IMG/VR virus record: IMGVR_UViG_3300043410_001789
Span: 1 to 64,000 of that record
Direction: 5' to 3' (one strand)
DNA: 64,000 nucleotides
Source of the DNA: a virus
The stretch's first letter is position 1. Each line of letters opens with the position of its first letter. The translations under genes were made by a program, and so were the position numbers. This document shows, piece by piece, positions 1-9,304 of this stretch. The notes beneath the pieces are model-generated. The model did not search any database, was not told where the DNA came from, and saw only the letters and a list, made by a program, of their open reading frames with translations.

Positions 1-166
1 CATATGTCTTAGTTATGAATATGTATCTTCCAGGTATACCAACGGTTTCTATAGAATGCTGTAACAGGGTTTTGCCACCAATAGAAATTAATGGCTTCGG
101 CAGAGTGAAACCAGCTTCAGAGAATCTAGAACCCTCTCCAGCCATGGGGATAACTATGTTAATCAA
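1..166 (-). CDS. Sugar-phosphate nucleotidyltransferase, N-terminal part (runs off window)
   Basis: Not in ORF track. Hand translation from TTG at 166 gives MINIVIPMAGEGSRFSEAGFTLPKPLISIGGK..., the AGxGxR...PKPL NTP-transferase motif; start overlaps the upstream stop. Confidence 0.85.
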   Translation of the reverse strand, partial: MINIVIPMAGEGSRFSEAGFTLPKPLISIGGKTLLQHSIETVGIPGRYIFITKTY

Positions 167-1389
167 ATTTGATCTCCGTATTCATCTTTTAGCATTTGCA
201 GCATTTTAAAAACTGGCATGGCATAACTAGGTCCATTATGTATTCTTTTATCTAAAGGAATAACACTATTCTCTGTAATTGACTCTATAATGTCCTCATG
301 ATGGAATGAATATCCTGTATTTGGTGCCAAATAAACCATAGTTCCATCCCCCAAGAATATTGCATTCACAGAGCCAGCACCAGCTAATGTGGCAATATGG
401 GAGCATTGTGCAAAGGTGTTAATCTGATCTTCCATTGACATTGACTCTATACCATTTAATATTTCGTAGCCCTGTGATGAAAAGAATCTTTCAATCAGCA
501 TTTCATCTTCTATATCTAAATATCTAAAATCTATTTCGTGCATTGGGCCAAATATTCCAGCTGGTTTAAATGCGTCTAGGTTTGTCTTTAAAAGAAAATC
601 GTTAGGATCATTGAATGAGCCATCGCCATTCCAAGAAACTCCATTATCCATTACAAGCTTTTTAAACAAGAATATCCTGTCATACATTCTACGAGTTTGT
701 ATTCTAGATATATATACTTTTTTATTTCTTGGCAAATTTTTTGTAATTATATTTTCATTTACAAAATTTTTCAGAAGCTTAGATTTCATATAAAATAGAG
801 CATTGTTTCTATCATTAAGATCTAGGGTAATTTCATCTTGTTGTGGCATCTGGTGGACTACCTCACGAAGTATGTGACTTGTTCCAGAATGTATAAAGGA
901 TACCTTTTTAAATTTTAATGATTTGTATTCAGAGGCCTCATAGTATCCATTTTCTAGAGTTACTCCTGCCCAGTTCATAATTGTTGATTTATAAGATGTT
1001 CCTTCGAAAGTTTTGATGTCTTGAGTATTTACAAAAATTGTCTTTAATTCTGGAATGTATTTTTTTAAAACAAGCCATTGCCCGAAGTTATCATATAGAG
1101 CATGGAAGTATGATTGATTGAGATCTAAAAGAAAAACGTGATCATCTATAACTAATTCTTCATTGGATTCAGATTCAAAGTCAATGTCTAGATCAGTTAG
1201 GGTAATGATGTTGAAGTGGTTCTTTCTGGAATCCATCTCAAGCTTTCCATAAGTTGGACTCATAGCAAGCCTTAAATAATCATTCTCAGTTATGAAATCA
1301 TTAATGTTTTGTTTTTCTAACTTACTATATGTTACTGCGGTTGTTTCAAAAACTATGCCAGATTGATATCTATTTAAACTTTTAACCAT
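163..1389 (-). CDS. Glycosyltransferase family 61 (DUF563)-like protein
   Basis: YFHALYD, KKVYISR and ESMSMEDQINTF...HIATLAGAG resemble GT61 motifs. Confidence 0.7.
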   Translation of the reverse strand: MVKSLNRYQSGIVFETTAVTYSKLEKQNINDFITENDYLRLAMSPTYGKLEMDSRKNHFNIITLTDLDIDFESESNEELVIDDHVFLLDLNQSYFHALYDNFGQWLVLKKYIPELKTIFVNTQDIKTFEGTSYKSTIMNWAGVTLENGYYEASEYKSLKFKKVSFIHSGTSHILREVVHQMPQQDEITLDLNDRNNALFYMKSKLLKNFVNENIITKNLPRNKKVYISRIQTRRMYDRIFLFKKLVMDNGVSWNGDGSFNDPNDFLLKTNLDAFKPAGIFGPMHEIDFRYLDIEDEMLIERFFSSQGYEILNGIESMSMEDQINTFAQCSHIATLAGAGSVNAIFLGDGTMVYLAPNTGYSFHHEDIIESITENSVIPLDKRIHNGPSYAMPVFKMLQMLKDEYGDQI

Positions 1390-1439
1390 GGCTTTCCTTT
1401 CACTGTATAAAATAATTATATCAGAAGATGCTTATTGCC

Positions 1440-2444
1440 CTACAGCCATTCCTGGTTATTTAAATACCACATTACAGTCTTATCAAGTGATTGTCGAAGA
1501 TCATATGGTGCTGTCCAGCCTGTGGCTAGCAATTTTGAATTATCTAATGCGTAGTGTGGATCATATCCAGGTCTAGAAATGCTAGAATCCTTTAGATTAT
1601 ATCGAAGACCAGTTCCCAATATTTCAGATATCATTTCTGCCCATTGTAGATTGGTATATTGTTCGTCCCCTGCAATATTGAATCGCTCTGGCTTATCTGA
1701 GTTATTTGGTAAAAGTGCATCCACATTCTTTAGGATATGAATAATTGCGGATGCTTTATTGCCTACGTATAACCAGTAACGAGACCCAATCTTACCATTG
1801 TCATATGTGTGTATGTCTACAACTTCATTATTAATTAATTTTTTAATTAATAGTGGGGTAAATTTTTCAGTACCCTGAGCTTCTCCAATAATGTTCATAG
1901 TATTAGTTATGATTATTGGGATGTTGTATGTACGCCAGTATGCAAAAGCGATGCTTTCCTGGGCTGCCTTACTAGCACTATATGGATTGCTAGGTAGATG
2001 TGCATCCCACTCAATTGACTTTCTGTTTTGATATGGTCCATATACTTCATCGGTAGATATCTGTATAAATTTTTCAAGATTTGCTGTTCTTGCCCAATCA
2101 AGCAGATTACATACCAAAGATACATTGTTTATGATAAACGGTGCAGGTGAATCAACGCTTCTATCTACGTGACTTTCACTTGCAGCATTAATAACATAAT
2201 CAATCTTACCAATTTTACTTGAGGTAATAGAAGATATGGGAGAAGATAGGTCACAAATCAATACTCTTACCCTGCTCATTGTTGGATCCAAATCCTCAGT
2301 AGCAAAAACAATTCTGTCTTGATTACCCTGGTGAGTAAAAGTAGTTAAACAAACTACTTCCCAATCTGTATTTTCCAAGATATGTTTTAATATGTGCGAT
2401 CCAACAAAACCAGAAGCACCTGTTAGCAATACTCTTTTAGTCAT
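1440..2444 (-). CDS. rfbB: dTDP-glucose 4,6-dehydratase (NAD-dependent epimerase/dehydratase)
   Basis: TGASGFVG Rossmann motif, AASESHVDRS, STDEVYG, PYSASKA (YxxxK). Confidence 0.9.
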   Translation of the reverse strand: MTKRVLLTGASGFVGSHILKHILENTDWEVVCLTTFTHQGNQDRIVFATEDLDPTMSRVRVLICDLSSPISSITSSKIGKIDYVINAASESHVDRSVDSPAPFIINNVSLVCNLLDWARTANLEKFIQISTDEVYGPYQNRKSIEWDAHLPSNPYSASKAAQESIAFAYWRTYNIPIIITNTMNIIGEAQGTEKFTPLLIKKLINNEVVDIHTYDNGKIGSRYWLYVGNKASAIIHILKNVDALLPNNSDKPERFNIAGDEQYTNLQWAEMISEILGTGLRYNLKDSSISRPGYDPHYALDNSKLLATGWTAPYDLRQSLDKTVMWYLNNQEWL

Positions 2445-2667
2445 CTATTTTTAGCCTATTTTCTACGAGTCGCTCTCGTTCATCTGTAATTTGATATGCA
2501 AAATTCATCATCTTTTCATATCCTGTTGGACTATCCATAATCTTGTTATAGTGGTGGCTACAAAACATAAGATCTCCAGTAACTCCTGTTACCTGAACAT
2601 AAGCTTGTGCTCCACAACTATCACAACGATCTAAAGCAGTCAGTACCCACTCAACTGTCTCTACCAC
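2437..2667 (-). CDS. Small Zn-binding protein of actinobacterial type
   Basis: LTALDRCDSCGAQAY...LMFCSHH (CxxC...CxHH). Confidence 0.65.
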   Translation of the reverse strand: MVETVEWVLTALDRCDSCGAQAYVQVTGVTGDLMFCSHHYNKIMDSPTGYEKMMNFAYQITDERERLVENRLKIDD

Positions 2668-2843
2668 TACTTATCCGTTCTATAAAATCCGCTGCCTTTA
2701 AATTGAATGCCCAGACCGCCAATAACCTGGTTCATTCTGTTTCCACATTTCTCACAAAAGTGATCTGGCGATGGATCGTGAATGCTACGTTTTTCAACTA
2801 TTTGAGTTTCACATTCCCTACATACATACTCATATGTTGGCAT
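2667..2843 (-). CDS. FmdB-family zinc-ribbon protein
   Basis: MPTYEYVCREC...CEKCG...FKGSGFYRTD; start moved to ATG at 2843 (TAATG overlap with lysin stop). Confidence 0.85.
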   Translation of the reverse strand: MPTYEYVCRECETQIVEKRSIHDPSPDHFCEKCGNRMNQVIGGLGIQFKGSGFYRTDK

Positions 2844-3565
2844 TAGCCTAGTGCCTTCCAAGTCAGGGGACCGACAATACCATCGGCTTTTAGCTTATTG
2901 CTCTTTTGCAAAGCCACTACTGCCTTGTGGGTGTTACTGCCAAAGAATCCGAGATCGTCACCAGTTACTCCTAGGGTAGTCTGCAAATATTTAACTGCAG
3001 ATCCCTCCGAACCCTTCTTCAATTCTCCAACTAGTTTTGGCTTTGCTGCCTTCTTTGGTGCTGGAGTAGCAGGAACGTCAGCTGCAGGTGCAACTACTGG
3101 AGCAGGTGCAGGTGCTGCAGGAGCACCAGTTGAATTCTTTGTGATGTGCTTAATTGGATCAATTAGCTTGTCGTATGGTGCTAGGTGACCATTCTTTTGC
3201 TTAGACATTCCAAGATGAAGGTGGGCACCTGTACTGGCTGATCCGCTAGGTGTGTTTCTTCCTCCACCAACACGACCAACTGGTTGGCCAAGTGCTACAG
3301 CATCCCCAACCTTAATACTTGTTGGCTTTGCTGCTAGGTGGCAATACTGAGCATAAACCCCATCTTCTCCTAGGATTTCTACAACGTGCCCCAATACATC
3401 TGACCAAAAAATCTGAGTAATCTTTCCTGCTGTGATTGCTGGAATAATGGTCTTTTCGGCTGGGTGCCAGTCTTGTCCACGGTGTGGGTGCTTACGGTAC
3501 GAAGCCATATTTCCGAATTCGTCACCACGAAGCTTTTTATCAAATGGTTCTTTGTAAAGTGCCAT
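2843..3565 (-). CDS. Endolysin: M23 peptidase plus C-terminal peptidoglycan-binding domain
   Basis: HRGQD (HxxxD), YCHL, STGAHLHL; Pro/Ala linker; LKKGSEG...ADGIVGPLTWKAL. Confidence 0.85.
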   Translation of the reverse strand: MALYKEPFDKKLRGDEFGNMASYRKHPHRGQDWHPAEKTIIPAITAGKITQIFWSDVLGHVVEILGEDGVYAQYCHLAAKPTSIKVGDAVALGQPVGRVGGGRNTPSGSASTGAHLHLGMSKQKNGHLAPYDKLIDPIKHITKNSTGAPAAPAPAPVVAPAADVPATPAPKKAAKPKLVGELKKGSEGSAVKYLQTTLGVTGDDLGFFGSNTHKAVVALQKSNKLKADGIVGPLTWKALG

Positions 3566-3574
3566 GTTTTCTCC

Positions 3575-3778
3575 TTATTTTACGTTTTTACCAAATTTTG
3601 CCCAAGCACGTTCGTGCAAATAGTAGGCAACAGTTTCCCAAACTAGTTCTGCAATTGCTGCAATGCTAGCAATCTCCCATTTACCAGTTAGAATTAGAAT
3701 AGTTCCAGCAACTAACACCATGTGTGTTATTTGCCAGGTAATACTTTTAGCTAGGCTTTTCTTTTTTGAATCAGACAT
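3575..3778 (-). CDS. DUF2061-like small membrane protein
   Basis: KSLAKSITW...YYLHERAW pattern with two hydrophobic helices. Confidence 0.7.
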   Translation of the reverse strand: MSDSKKKSLAKSITWQITHMVLVAGTILILTGKWEIASIAAIAELVWETVAYYLHERAWAKFGKNVK

Positions 3779-3799
3779 ACTAATCCTTTCTTCAACACA

Positions 3800-3828
3800 A
3801 TTATACCATTTGGTTTAAAGCTTGTCTA
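3800..3828 (-). promoter_or_regulatory. SigA-type promoter
   Basis: TAGACA-17 bp-TATAAT with extended TG, upstream of the gene starting at 3778. Confidence 0.65.
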
Positions 3829-3843
3829 GATAAGACGCAAAGA

Positions 3844-5259
3844 TTACCTAATAACTTTAGTATTATATTGCTTTTCCCATTGCCAAATATCTTCTTCATC
3901 ATTAAGCAGAGGCTGACCCTTAATATTAAGGCTTGTATTTAGCAATATTGGTACTCCAGTTGCCTCGTAAAACGCCTTCAGAAGCTCGTAGAGGCCACGA
4001 TGTTGGTCCCTGTTAACAGTTTGTACCCTAGAAGTTCCATCTTGATGAACCACTGATGGGATAAGATCTGGCTTAAGGCATCTAGGAGTATATTGCATAT
4101 ATGGTGATGCATATCTCATGTCAAACCATTCGGAAGCATGTTCTTCCATTATGACTGGTGCAAAAGGTCTAAACAATTCTCTTTGTTTAATTCTATTTAC
4201 CTTATTTTTGATATCTGGATCTCTAGGATCTGCCAGGATACTTCTATTTCCTAATGCTCTTGGACCAAACTCTGCTCTTCCAGTGGCTACCGCAGCAATT
4301 TTATTAGTCATTATTTCATCCAAGATTTTTTGGACTGGGTATTCTCCGCCAAGATCATATCCAAGATATGGTCCTTGCCAGTTTAAATGTTTTCCATACA
4401 AGGCTGCAGCTGCACCCAAAGAGCTTCCAGCATCTCCTGGGTTGGGCATAATCCAAATGTCTTCAAAGATATCCCACAAACCTGTGTTTGCCTTACTATT
4501 TAGAGCACAGCCACCCATAAAGACTAACCTTTTCTTACCAGTTTTTTCTAGGGCTAGCCACATAAATTCAGATAGGCGGTGCTCATATACTTTTTGAACA
4601 GCGGCAGCAATATGAAACTTATCGTTATCAGTTATATCCTGATCCCAATCATAAATTCCTTTGTGAAAATTATATTTTTGCTTATAGGTAGAAGGAAAGT
4701 ATGAGGCTACTTTATCATAATACATTTCTGCTTCACCGTAAGCAGCCATGCCCATCATGATGTACTCTTCTTCATTTGGCTTTAATCCAATTAGCTGAGT
4801 AAATGCTGAATAGAACAGTCCATAACTAAAAGGATAGCTCCACTTCTTATATAGGGTCAGGTCATCTCCTTCACCAATCCAGATAGAGCTAGTGGTAAAT
4901 TCTCCAATTGCATCCAACACCACCACAACTGCGTCCTGGAATGGACTTGTGTAGTACCCTGCACAGGCATGAGAATAATGATGCTTGAATGATTTATCGT
5001 AGTGATTTTCTGGCTTCCAATCGCTGGCACCACCCTGAAGTATAAGCCTAGATCTTTTTAATCCTGGTGTTTCATAGTAGGCAAATTTGTCGGGTATGCC
5101 ATAAGAATATGCATCATGCCATAGAGCATCATTTGTATACCAATCATTTTTAATCTTGCTGTATCTTTCAGCATGACCAGCAAATAGAATTTCACCACTA
5201 TCGTTTATTAAAGAGAGGGCAGCATCATGGGAAGTCTCATTGAATCCAAGGATATTCAT
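3844..5259 (-). CDS. Carbamoyltransferase (NodU/CmcH/TobZ family)
   Basis: HDAA, HHYSHA, DAIGE, GGCALN, GDAGSSLGAA, EFGPRALGNRS, RPFAP, DGTSRVQ, NTSLN. Confidence 0.93.
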   Translation of the reverse strand: MNILGFNETSHDAALSLINDSGEILFAGHAERYSKIKNDWYTNDALWHDAYSYGIPDKFAYYETPGLKRSRLILQGGASDWKPENHYDKSFKHHYSHACAGYYTSPFQDAVVVVLDAIGEFTTSSIWIGEGDDLTLYKKWSYPFSYGLFYSAFTQLIGLKPNEEEYIMMGMAAYGEAEMYYDKVASYFPSTYKQKYNFHKGIYDWDQDITDNDKFHIAAAVQKVYEHRLSEFMWLALEKTGKKRLVFMGGCALNSKANTGLWDIFEDIWIMPNPGDAGSSLGAAAALYGKHLNWQGPYLGYDLGGEYPVQKILDEIMTNKIAAVATGRAEFGPRALGNRSILADPRDPDIKNKVNRIKQRELFRPFAPVIMEEHASEWFDMRYASPYMQYTPRCLKPDLIPSVVHQDGTSRVQTVNRDQHRGLYELLKAFYEATGVPILLNTSLNIKGQPLLNDEEDIWQWEKQYNTKVIR

Positions 5260-5337
5260 TTAATATATATACTTTCTGGGCTTTAGCTTCTTGCGATTAC
5301 GAATCTTCCATATCATAAATTTAATTTTAGTAATCAT
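5260..5337 (-). CDS. Small basic peptide (25 aa)
   Basis: MITKIKFMIWKIRNRKKLKPRKYIY*; fills the gap, with its stop abutting the carbamoyltransferase ATG. Confidence 0.5.
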   Translation of the reverse strand: MITKIKFMIWKIRNRKKLKPRKYIY

Positions 5338-6133
5338 TATTTCTCCTAAATATATTATACGCAAAATCTGCATAAAATGTGTGGTATGAAATGCCTGGAT
5401 GGCTACCGTCCATGGCTACCTGAAAGTAATCCTTGAGATAATGTTCCCTGTTTACTAACTCAAACTTAAACATGTACTCAAGCATTTCTTGTTTGGAATA
5501 CCTAAAAAATCTTTTAAAGTTTTTACGCATATCTAGCACTTTTGTTTTGGCATCCAGGTCATCCCATGTAAAGGCAATTAGTTTTATACCTAAACTATTA
5601 CACATGTCTAGTAGTAACATATAATATCCATAAATTTGCATGCCTGTAGCCACAGAAGATGCATATTCGTCATTTTCATTACCCTGCATCAACAGCCTAT
5701 TTTCACGATCAATATCTGGCAGATTTAAAAATATTACATCTGGTTTTGAAAACTCACCAATGTAAGTTATTGTCTGATGTAGAACCCCTATTGGTGTTGC
5801 TCCTGGTTGAGCTATATTGTAATATCCAGACATGTCATATTCTTTACTTAACCTATCGTATAGTATCTTGCTCCAGGTCATGTCTAATGGCAGACCCTCC
5901 CCTGCAGTAACTGAGCAGCCAGCAAATAAAACATGAAGTCCTTCGTGATCCTTAGAAAAATCTTCAGATCTCAGGTGATGACTATTTAGTTTATAAAATA
6001 ATTCTGGTGACATTCCATTCTTTTTTAGCTCTACTAAAGTTTGCTCCAGACTTTTATCTGAAAAGCTTAATGGAGCCAGGTTATTTTTAACATCTGGATA
6101 TTCCATAATATTAAAAGTATTCTTAATAGTCAT
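5327..6133 (-). CDS. SGNH/GDSL-hydrolase-like hypothetical protein
   Basis: FAGCSVTAG block I, NIAQPGA, C-terminal DGSHPG (DxxH). Confidence 0.6.
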   Translation of the reverse strand: MTIKNTFNIMEYPDVKNNLAPLSFSDKSLEQTLVELKKNGMSPELFYKLNSHHLRSEDFSKDHEGLHVLFAGCSVTAGEGLPLDMTWSKILYDRLSKEYDMSGYYNIAQPGATPIGVLHQTITYIGEFSKPDVIFLNLPDIDRENRLLMQGNENDEYASSVATGMQIYGYYMLLLDMCNSLGIKLIAFTWDDLDAKTKVLDMRKNFKRFFRYSKQEMLEYMFKFELVNREHYLKDYFQVAMDGSHPGISYHTFYADFAYNIFRRNNDY

Positions 6134-6966
6134 TAGCCTATCCTATTTACCCTAATGTTATACTTCTTGTTTTCATTTGAAAGTAGATCGATGTTAAACT
6201 TTACACTTGGGTCATATGACACATCGTCTGCGTTGTATGGTAGCCTACTAAGTGTCACTCCTTGGAGTGCATGGTCTCTTATAAATACCTGTGCCATCTC
6301 TGAATTACTATTAAGTTCATCTATCATTTGGTTGTACCCATGCTCCAAAGAATATGTTACATAAAGATTTTCTACATTTCTTTTTCTAGAGTCAGTATAT
6401 ATATTGGTATTAGCAGAATATATGTCTGATCTTTTTCTTACCAGCATTGTCATGTATTCTTCAAAACCATAGTATTTTATGTTGGTTGGCACGATTCCTG
6501 GGTCAATCATATTTTTGTCTATAAAGATAAATGCTCTATCGATCCATTGTGTCTTGGTACTTACTGAGCTTGGCTTATAGTTATGTGCAAAAGAAAATTC
6601 ATCTTTCTTAGAAAGACTTATGGGACCATTTCCAGAAATAACGGCATTATGTAATTTAGAAAGCTCTATTGTCTGAGTATCCCAGGAAGGAGAAAGAGTA
6701 ACATCATCTGAAAGAAATAGCACATATCTTGATTTTGATTCTTTTAAAAACTCACTATAAAATTTACCCACTCCATATTGGATATCCCACATAATATGTG
6801 TATAAAAAATATTGGGATTATCTTTAAACGCTACCGTTCTGTCTACTGGATTTTGATCATATATATAGATCTTAACAGCCAGATTTGCATTGCCAAGAAT
6901 GTTTAAGGCAATTGTTGGCAAAATCTTATTTTTATATGAATATAAAAAGACATCAATGCTTTCCAT
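6133..6966 (-). CDS. Glycosyltransferase (GT-A/GT2-like)
   Basis: IDVFLYSY start, YVLFLSDD (DxD-like), YYGFEE. Confidence 0.55.
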   Translation of the reverse strand: MESIDVFLYSYKNKILPTIALNILGNANLAVKIYIYDQNPVDRTVAFKDNPNIFYTHIMWDIQYGVGKFYSEFLKESKSRYVLFLSDDVTLSPSWDTQTIELSKLHNAVISGNGPISLSKKDEFSFAHNYKPSSVSTKTQWIDRAFIFIDKNMIDPGIVPTNIKYYGFEEYMTMLVRKRSDIYSANTNIYTDSRKRNVENLYVTYSLEHGYNQMIDELNSNSEMAQVFIRDHALQGVTLSRLPYNADDVSYDPSVKFNIDLLSNENKKYNIRVNRIG

Positions 6967-7699
6967 TGGATACTCCTAGAAAAAGTTTCTTAATCCATGT
7001 TGTCTTTTTATAATGACCATACATAGAGGACCTTCTGTTCTCTGCCAATAGTTCATGAAAGTCTAACGTTTCCTCTTTGTCGTCAAGCTCAAGCTCCCAG
7101 TTATCTCTCTTGAAAGGAATAATTTGAAATATTGGTGTGCCTTTTGGGATTATTCCACGAAAATTTCTTTTTAGAAAAAACGTTGTGAATACTGGTAATC
7201 CCCAGATATCGGATTCCACTATGCCAGACATTGTATAGAATGGCAGGTCATGCCTATTCATTGGGTGGGTGATCAGGATAGAGTATCCTGGTGGTGTTTC
7301 GTAATACCAGTTCATTCTCCATCCGTAGTGAATTGGGTGACAATTATCTGGCACTGGAAGATCTATCTTTGGCCTTTTGTCTACTAGCAATTTATCTATT
7401 CCCCAAGTTAGCACTGGCTTACCGTCCTTATCCAAGTCTACATGCAAATCATCTTCCAAGACATACATATATCCTGCTGTGAGGGCATCTAGAAAGGGTG
7501 GGCACATCTTAGTAAATACCGCTGCCGAGTCGCTGCCCACTGCGTTATTTGGATGAAGATGTTTTTCACTATTAGAATTTTCAAACTTAGATAGAGAAAC
7601 ATACCACTCTGGCACGTGCCTCGTAGCTGGTTCTGGTACAAGTAGATCTGAATATTCTGGGGAGGTGGGAACAAATTTTATTTTTAGGTGATCGCTCAC
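6953..7699 (-). CDS. Hypothetical protein, paralog 1 of a possibly dUTPase-fold phage family
   Basis: PEWY, TKMCPPFLDALTAGY, ETPPGYS, IIPKGTPIFQIIPFKR. Confidence 0.6.
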   Translation of the reverse strand: MSDHLKIKFVPTSPEYSDLLVPEPATRHVPEWYVSLSKFENSNSEKHLHPNNAVGSDSAAVFTKMCPPFLDALTAGYMYVLEDDLHVDLDKDGKPVLTWGIDKLLVDKRPKIDLPVPDNCHPIHYGWRMNWYYETPPGYSILITHPMNRHDLPFYTMSGIVESDIWGLPVFTTFFLKRNFRGIIPKGTPIFQIIPFKRDNWELELDDKEETLDFHELLAENRRSSMYGHYKKTTWIKKLFLGVSNGKH

Positions 7700-8415
7700 T
7701 TGTATTCTTTCATTACCCTAAACTTGTTTTTATAGGCATTGCTGAATACGCTTCTAAGCTTAAAACCCTGAGTCTTAACTCTTGGCATTGATATCTCTGC
7801 AGGAATTACTTCAGATTCCCAGGCTTCTCTCTTGAAAGGTATTAGTTGAATTATTGGTGTTCCCTGTTTAATTACTCCCTCAAAATCTTTTTCAACTAGG
7901 AAGGATAGGTGACCCTCAGATACAAAATTGTCAGTATCTATCAATCCAGCAAAAGCAAACAGTGGGCTAGGTCTATGTATTGGATTGATAAATAGTGTGC
8001 TATATCCTTCTGGAGTTTCAATAGACCAGAATGGTTGAATTCTTAACAACTGCTTGTGATATTTATTAAGATCAATAGGATATTCGCTATACTGCTCAAA
8101 GCTGTGTGTAGAGAATAGGTCTCCCTTAAATTCATTTAGTGGTCTAGGAATAGAGTATTCTAGCTTGTTGGGGTCTTTTGCGTTGACGTATATATCGCAC
8201 GGTGCTCCAAAGATATAGCCTGCAGTCATAGCATCAAATATTGGCATGCACTTCTTGATGGTAGTGCCAACGTTTCCCTGCTTATAGTCCGTGTGATCTT
8301 GATTTACTGCTGGTTGCTCACGATACCATTCTGGCATACTTTTGGTGGCTGGCTTGGGTGCATCTACAAAATGCGGTGTCTTATCTGAAAATGGGTGAAA
8401 CGATGCCTTTGGCAT
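7696..8415 (-). CDS. Hypothetical protein, paralog 2 of the same family
   Basis: PEWY, TIKKCMPIFDAMTAGY, ETPEGYS, VIKQGTPIIQLIPFKR. Confidence 0.6.
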   Translation of the reverse strand: MPKASFHPFSDKTPHFVDAPKPATKSMPEWYREQPAVNQDHTDYKQGNVGTTIKKCMPIFDAMTAGYIFGAPCDIYVNAKDPNKLEYSIPRPLNEFKGDLFSTHSFEQYSEYPIDLNKYHKQLLRIQPFWSIETPEGYSTLFINPIHRPSPLFAFAGLIDTDNFVSEGHLSFLVEKDFEGVIKQGTPIIQLIPFKREAWESEVIPAEISMPRVKTQGFKLRSVFSNAYKNKFRVMKEYK

Positions 8416-9049
8416 AAAAGCTCCTAACTCTTTCTTCTATTATAGCATTTGACTCTATGATCATGTCAAACATTGGCTCTCCTCTTTTAATTATACCCTG
8501 CTCTGAGTCCTTCATATGCTTGCCTATCTTTTTAAAATAGCATGCGACCATGGGAGGATGTATGGCATGTATGTCCTTTGGGATATAGTTAAAATTAGAA
8601 TTAAGAGGTATGGGCAATATGGCTGAACCAGGAACTGGAACATATTTAACCTTAGTAGGATAATCTAAAATCCAGGGCACATAGAATTTATAAATTTCCT
8701 CTGAGAAACAATCTGGGTGCTGATCAAACGGCATGGCTGTTCTATAGTACTGTCTGACCCAGGTTCTATCTATATTATAAAACCCTACATCTGCATTGTT
8801 AAGTATGTATATATCTGCCTGAGTTTTTTGTCTAAGCACTATTGAGGATTCTGAAATTGAAATAAGTTCTGGTGGTGGGTATAAATACTCTACATATTTA
8901 TTAATTGGCTTAATTATTGAGTCCCCAAATTTTTCTTTATTAATTTGATCAAATAGTACCCATCTGGCTGGAACCAAAGATTCTTCACATATCTTTATAA
9001 AGTCTGGATCTTTAGTTTTACTCCAGATATCACGATCAACTTCTTGCAT
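8381..9049 (-). CDS. Hypothetical protein, possible distant third paralog
   Basis: KFYVPW and C-terminal IIKRGEPMFDMI echo the two neighbours. Confidence 0.45.
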   Translation of the reverse strand: MQEVDRDIWSKTKDPDFIKICEESLVPARWVLFDQINKEKFGDSIIKPINKYVEYLYPPPELISISESSIVLRQKTQADIYILNNADVGFYNIDRTWVRQYYRTAMPFDQHPDCFSEEIYKFYVPWILDYPTKVKYVPVPGSAILPIPLNSNFNYIPKDIHAIHPPMVACYFKKIGKHMKDSEQGIIKRGEPMFDMIIESNAIIEERVRSFYAKGIVSPIFR

Positions 9050-9062
9050 AAAATTCTTTCCG

Positions 9063-9134
9063 AGCCTTCTGTCAGGATTGAACTGACGACCTACGCATTA
9101 CAAGTGCGTTGCTCTACCACTGAGCTAAGAAGGC
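9063..9134 (-). tRNA. tRNA-Thr(UGU)
   Basis: GCCTTCT/AGAAGGC acceptor, ACGCA-CTTGTAA-TGCGT anticodon arm, TTCAAT T-loop; no encoded CCA. Confidence 0.95.
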
Positions 9135-9300
9135 ATTTGCCAATCGTGCATCGCTGTTTCTACAGAATTCCTGCCATTGGCTGTTATACCTAGTGGGTTA
9201 GCAGAACAATCTCCATCGGGCTGAACCCCTTCGTATGATGCGTCCACATTGTAGATTTCGGTATAACAATCTCCACATAAGTTGTTCAGACTTATGCTTC
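9135..9300 (-). ncRNA. Candidate structured RNA A (inter-tRNA)
   Basis: Stems CATAAGT/ACTTATG, TGTTATACC/GGTATAACA, GCCAAT/ATTGGC; complementary loops CTGAAC/GTTCAG. Confidence 0.55.
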
Positions 9301-9304
9301 TGAG

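Noticed and set aside
9125-9300. Short open frames in the Asp-Thr spacer (26-aa MWRLLY...; CGDC-containing frame)
   Set aside because: No convincing SD or start, and one frame runs into the tRNAs; extensive base pairing is the better explanation.
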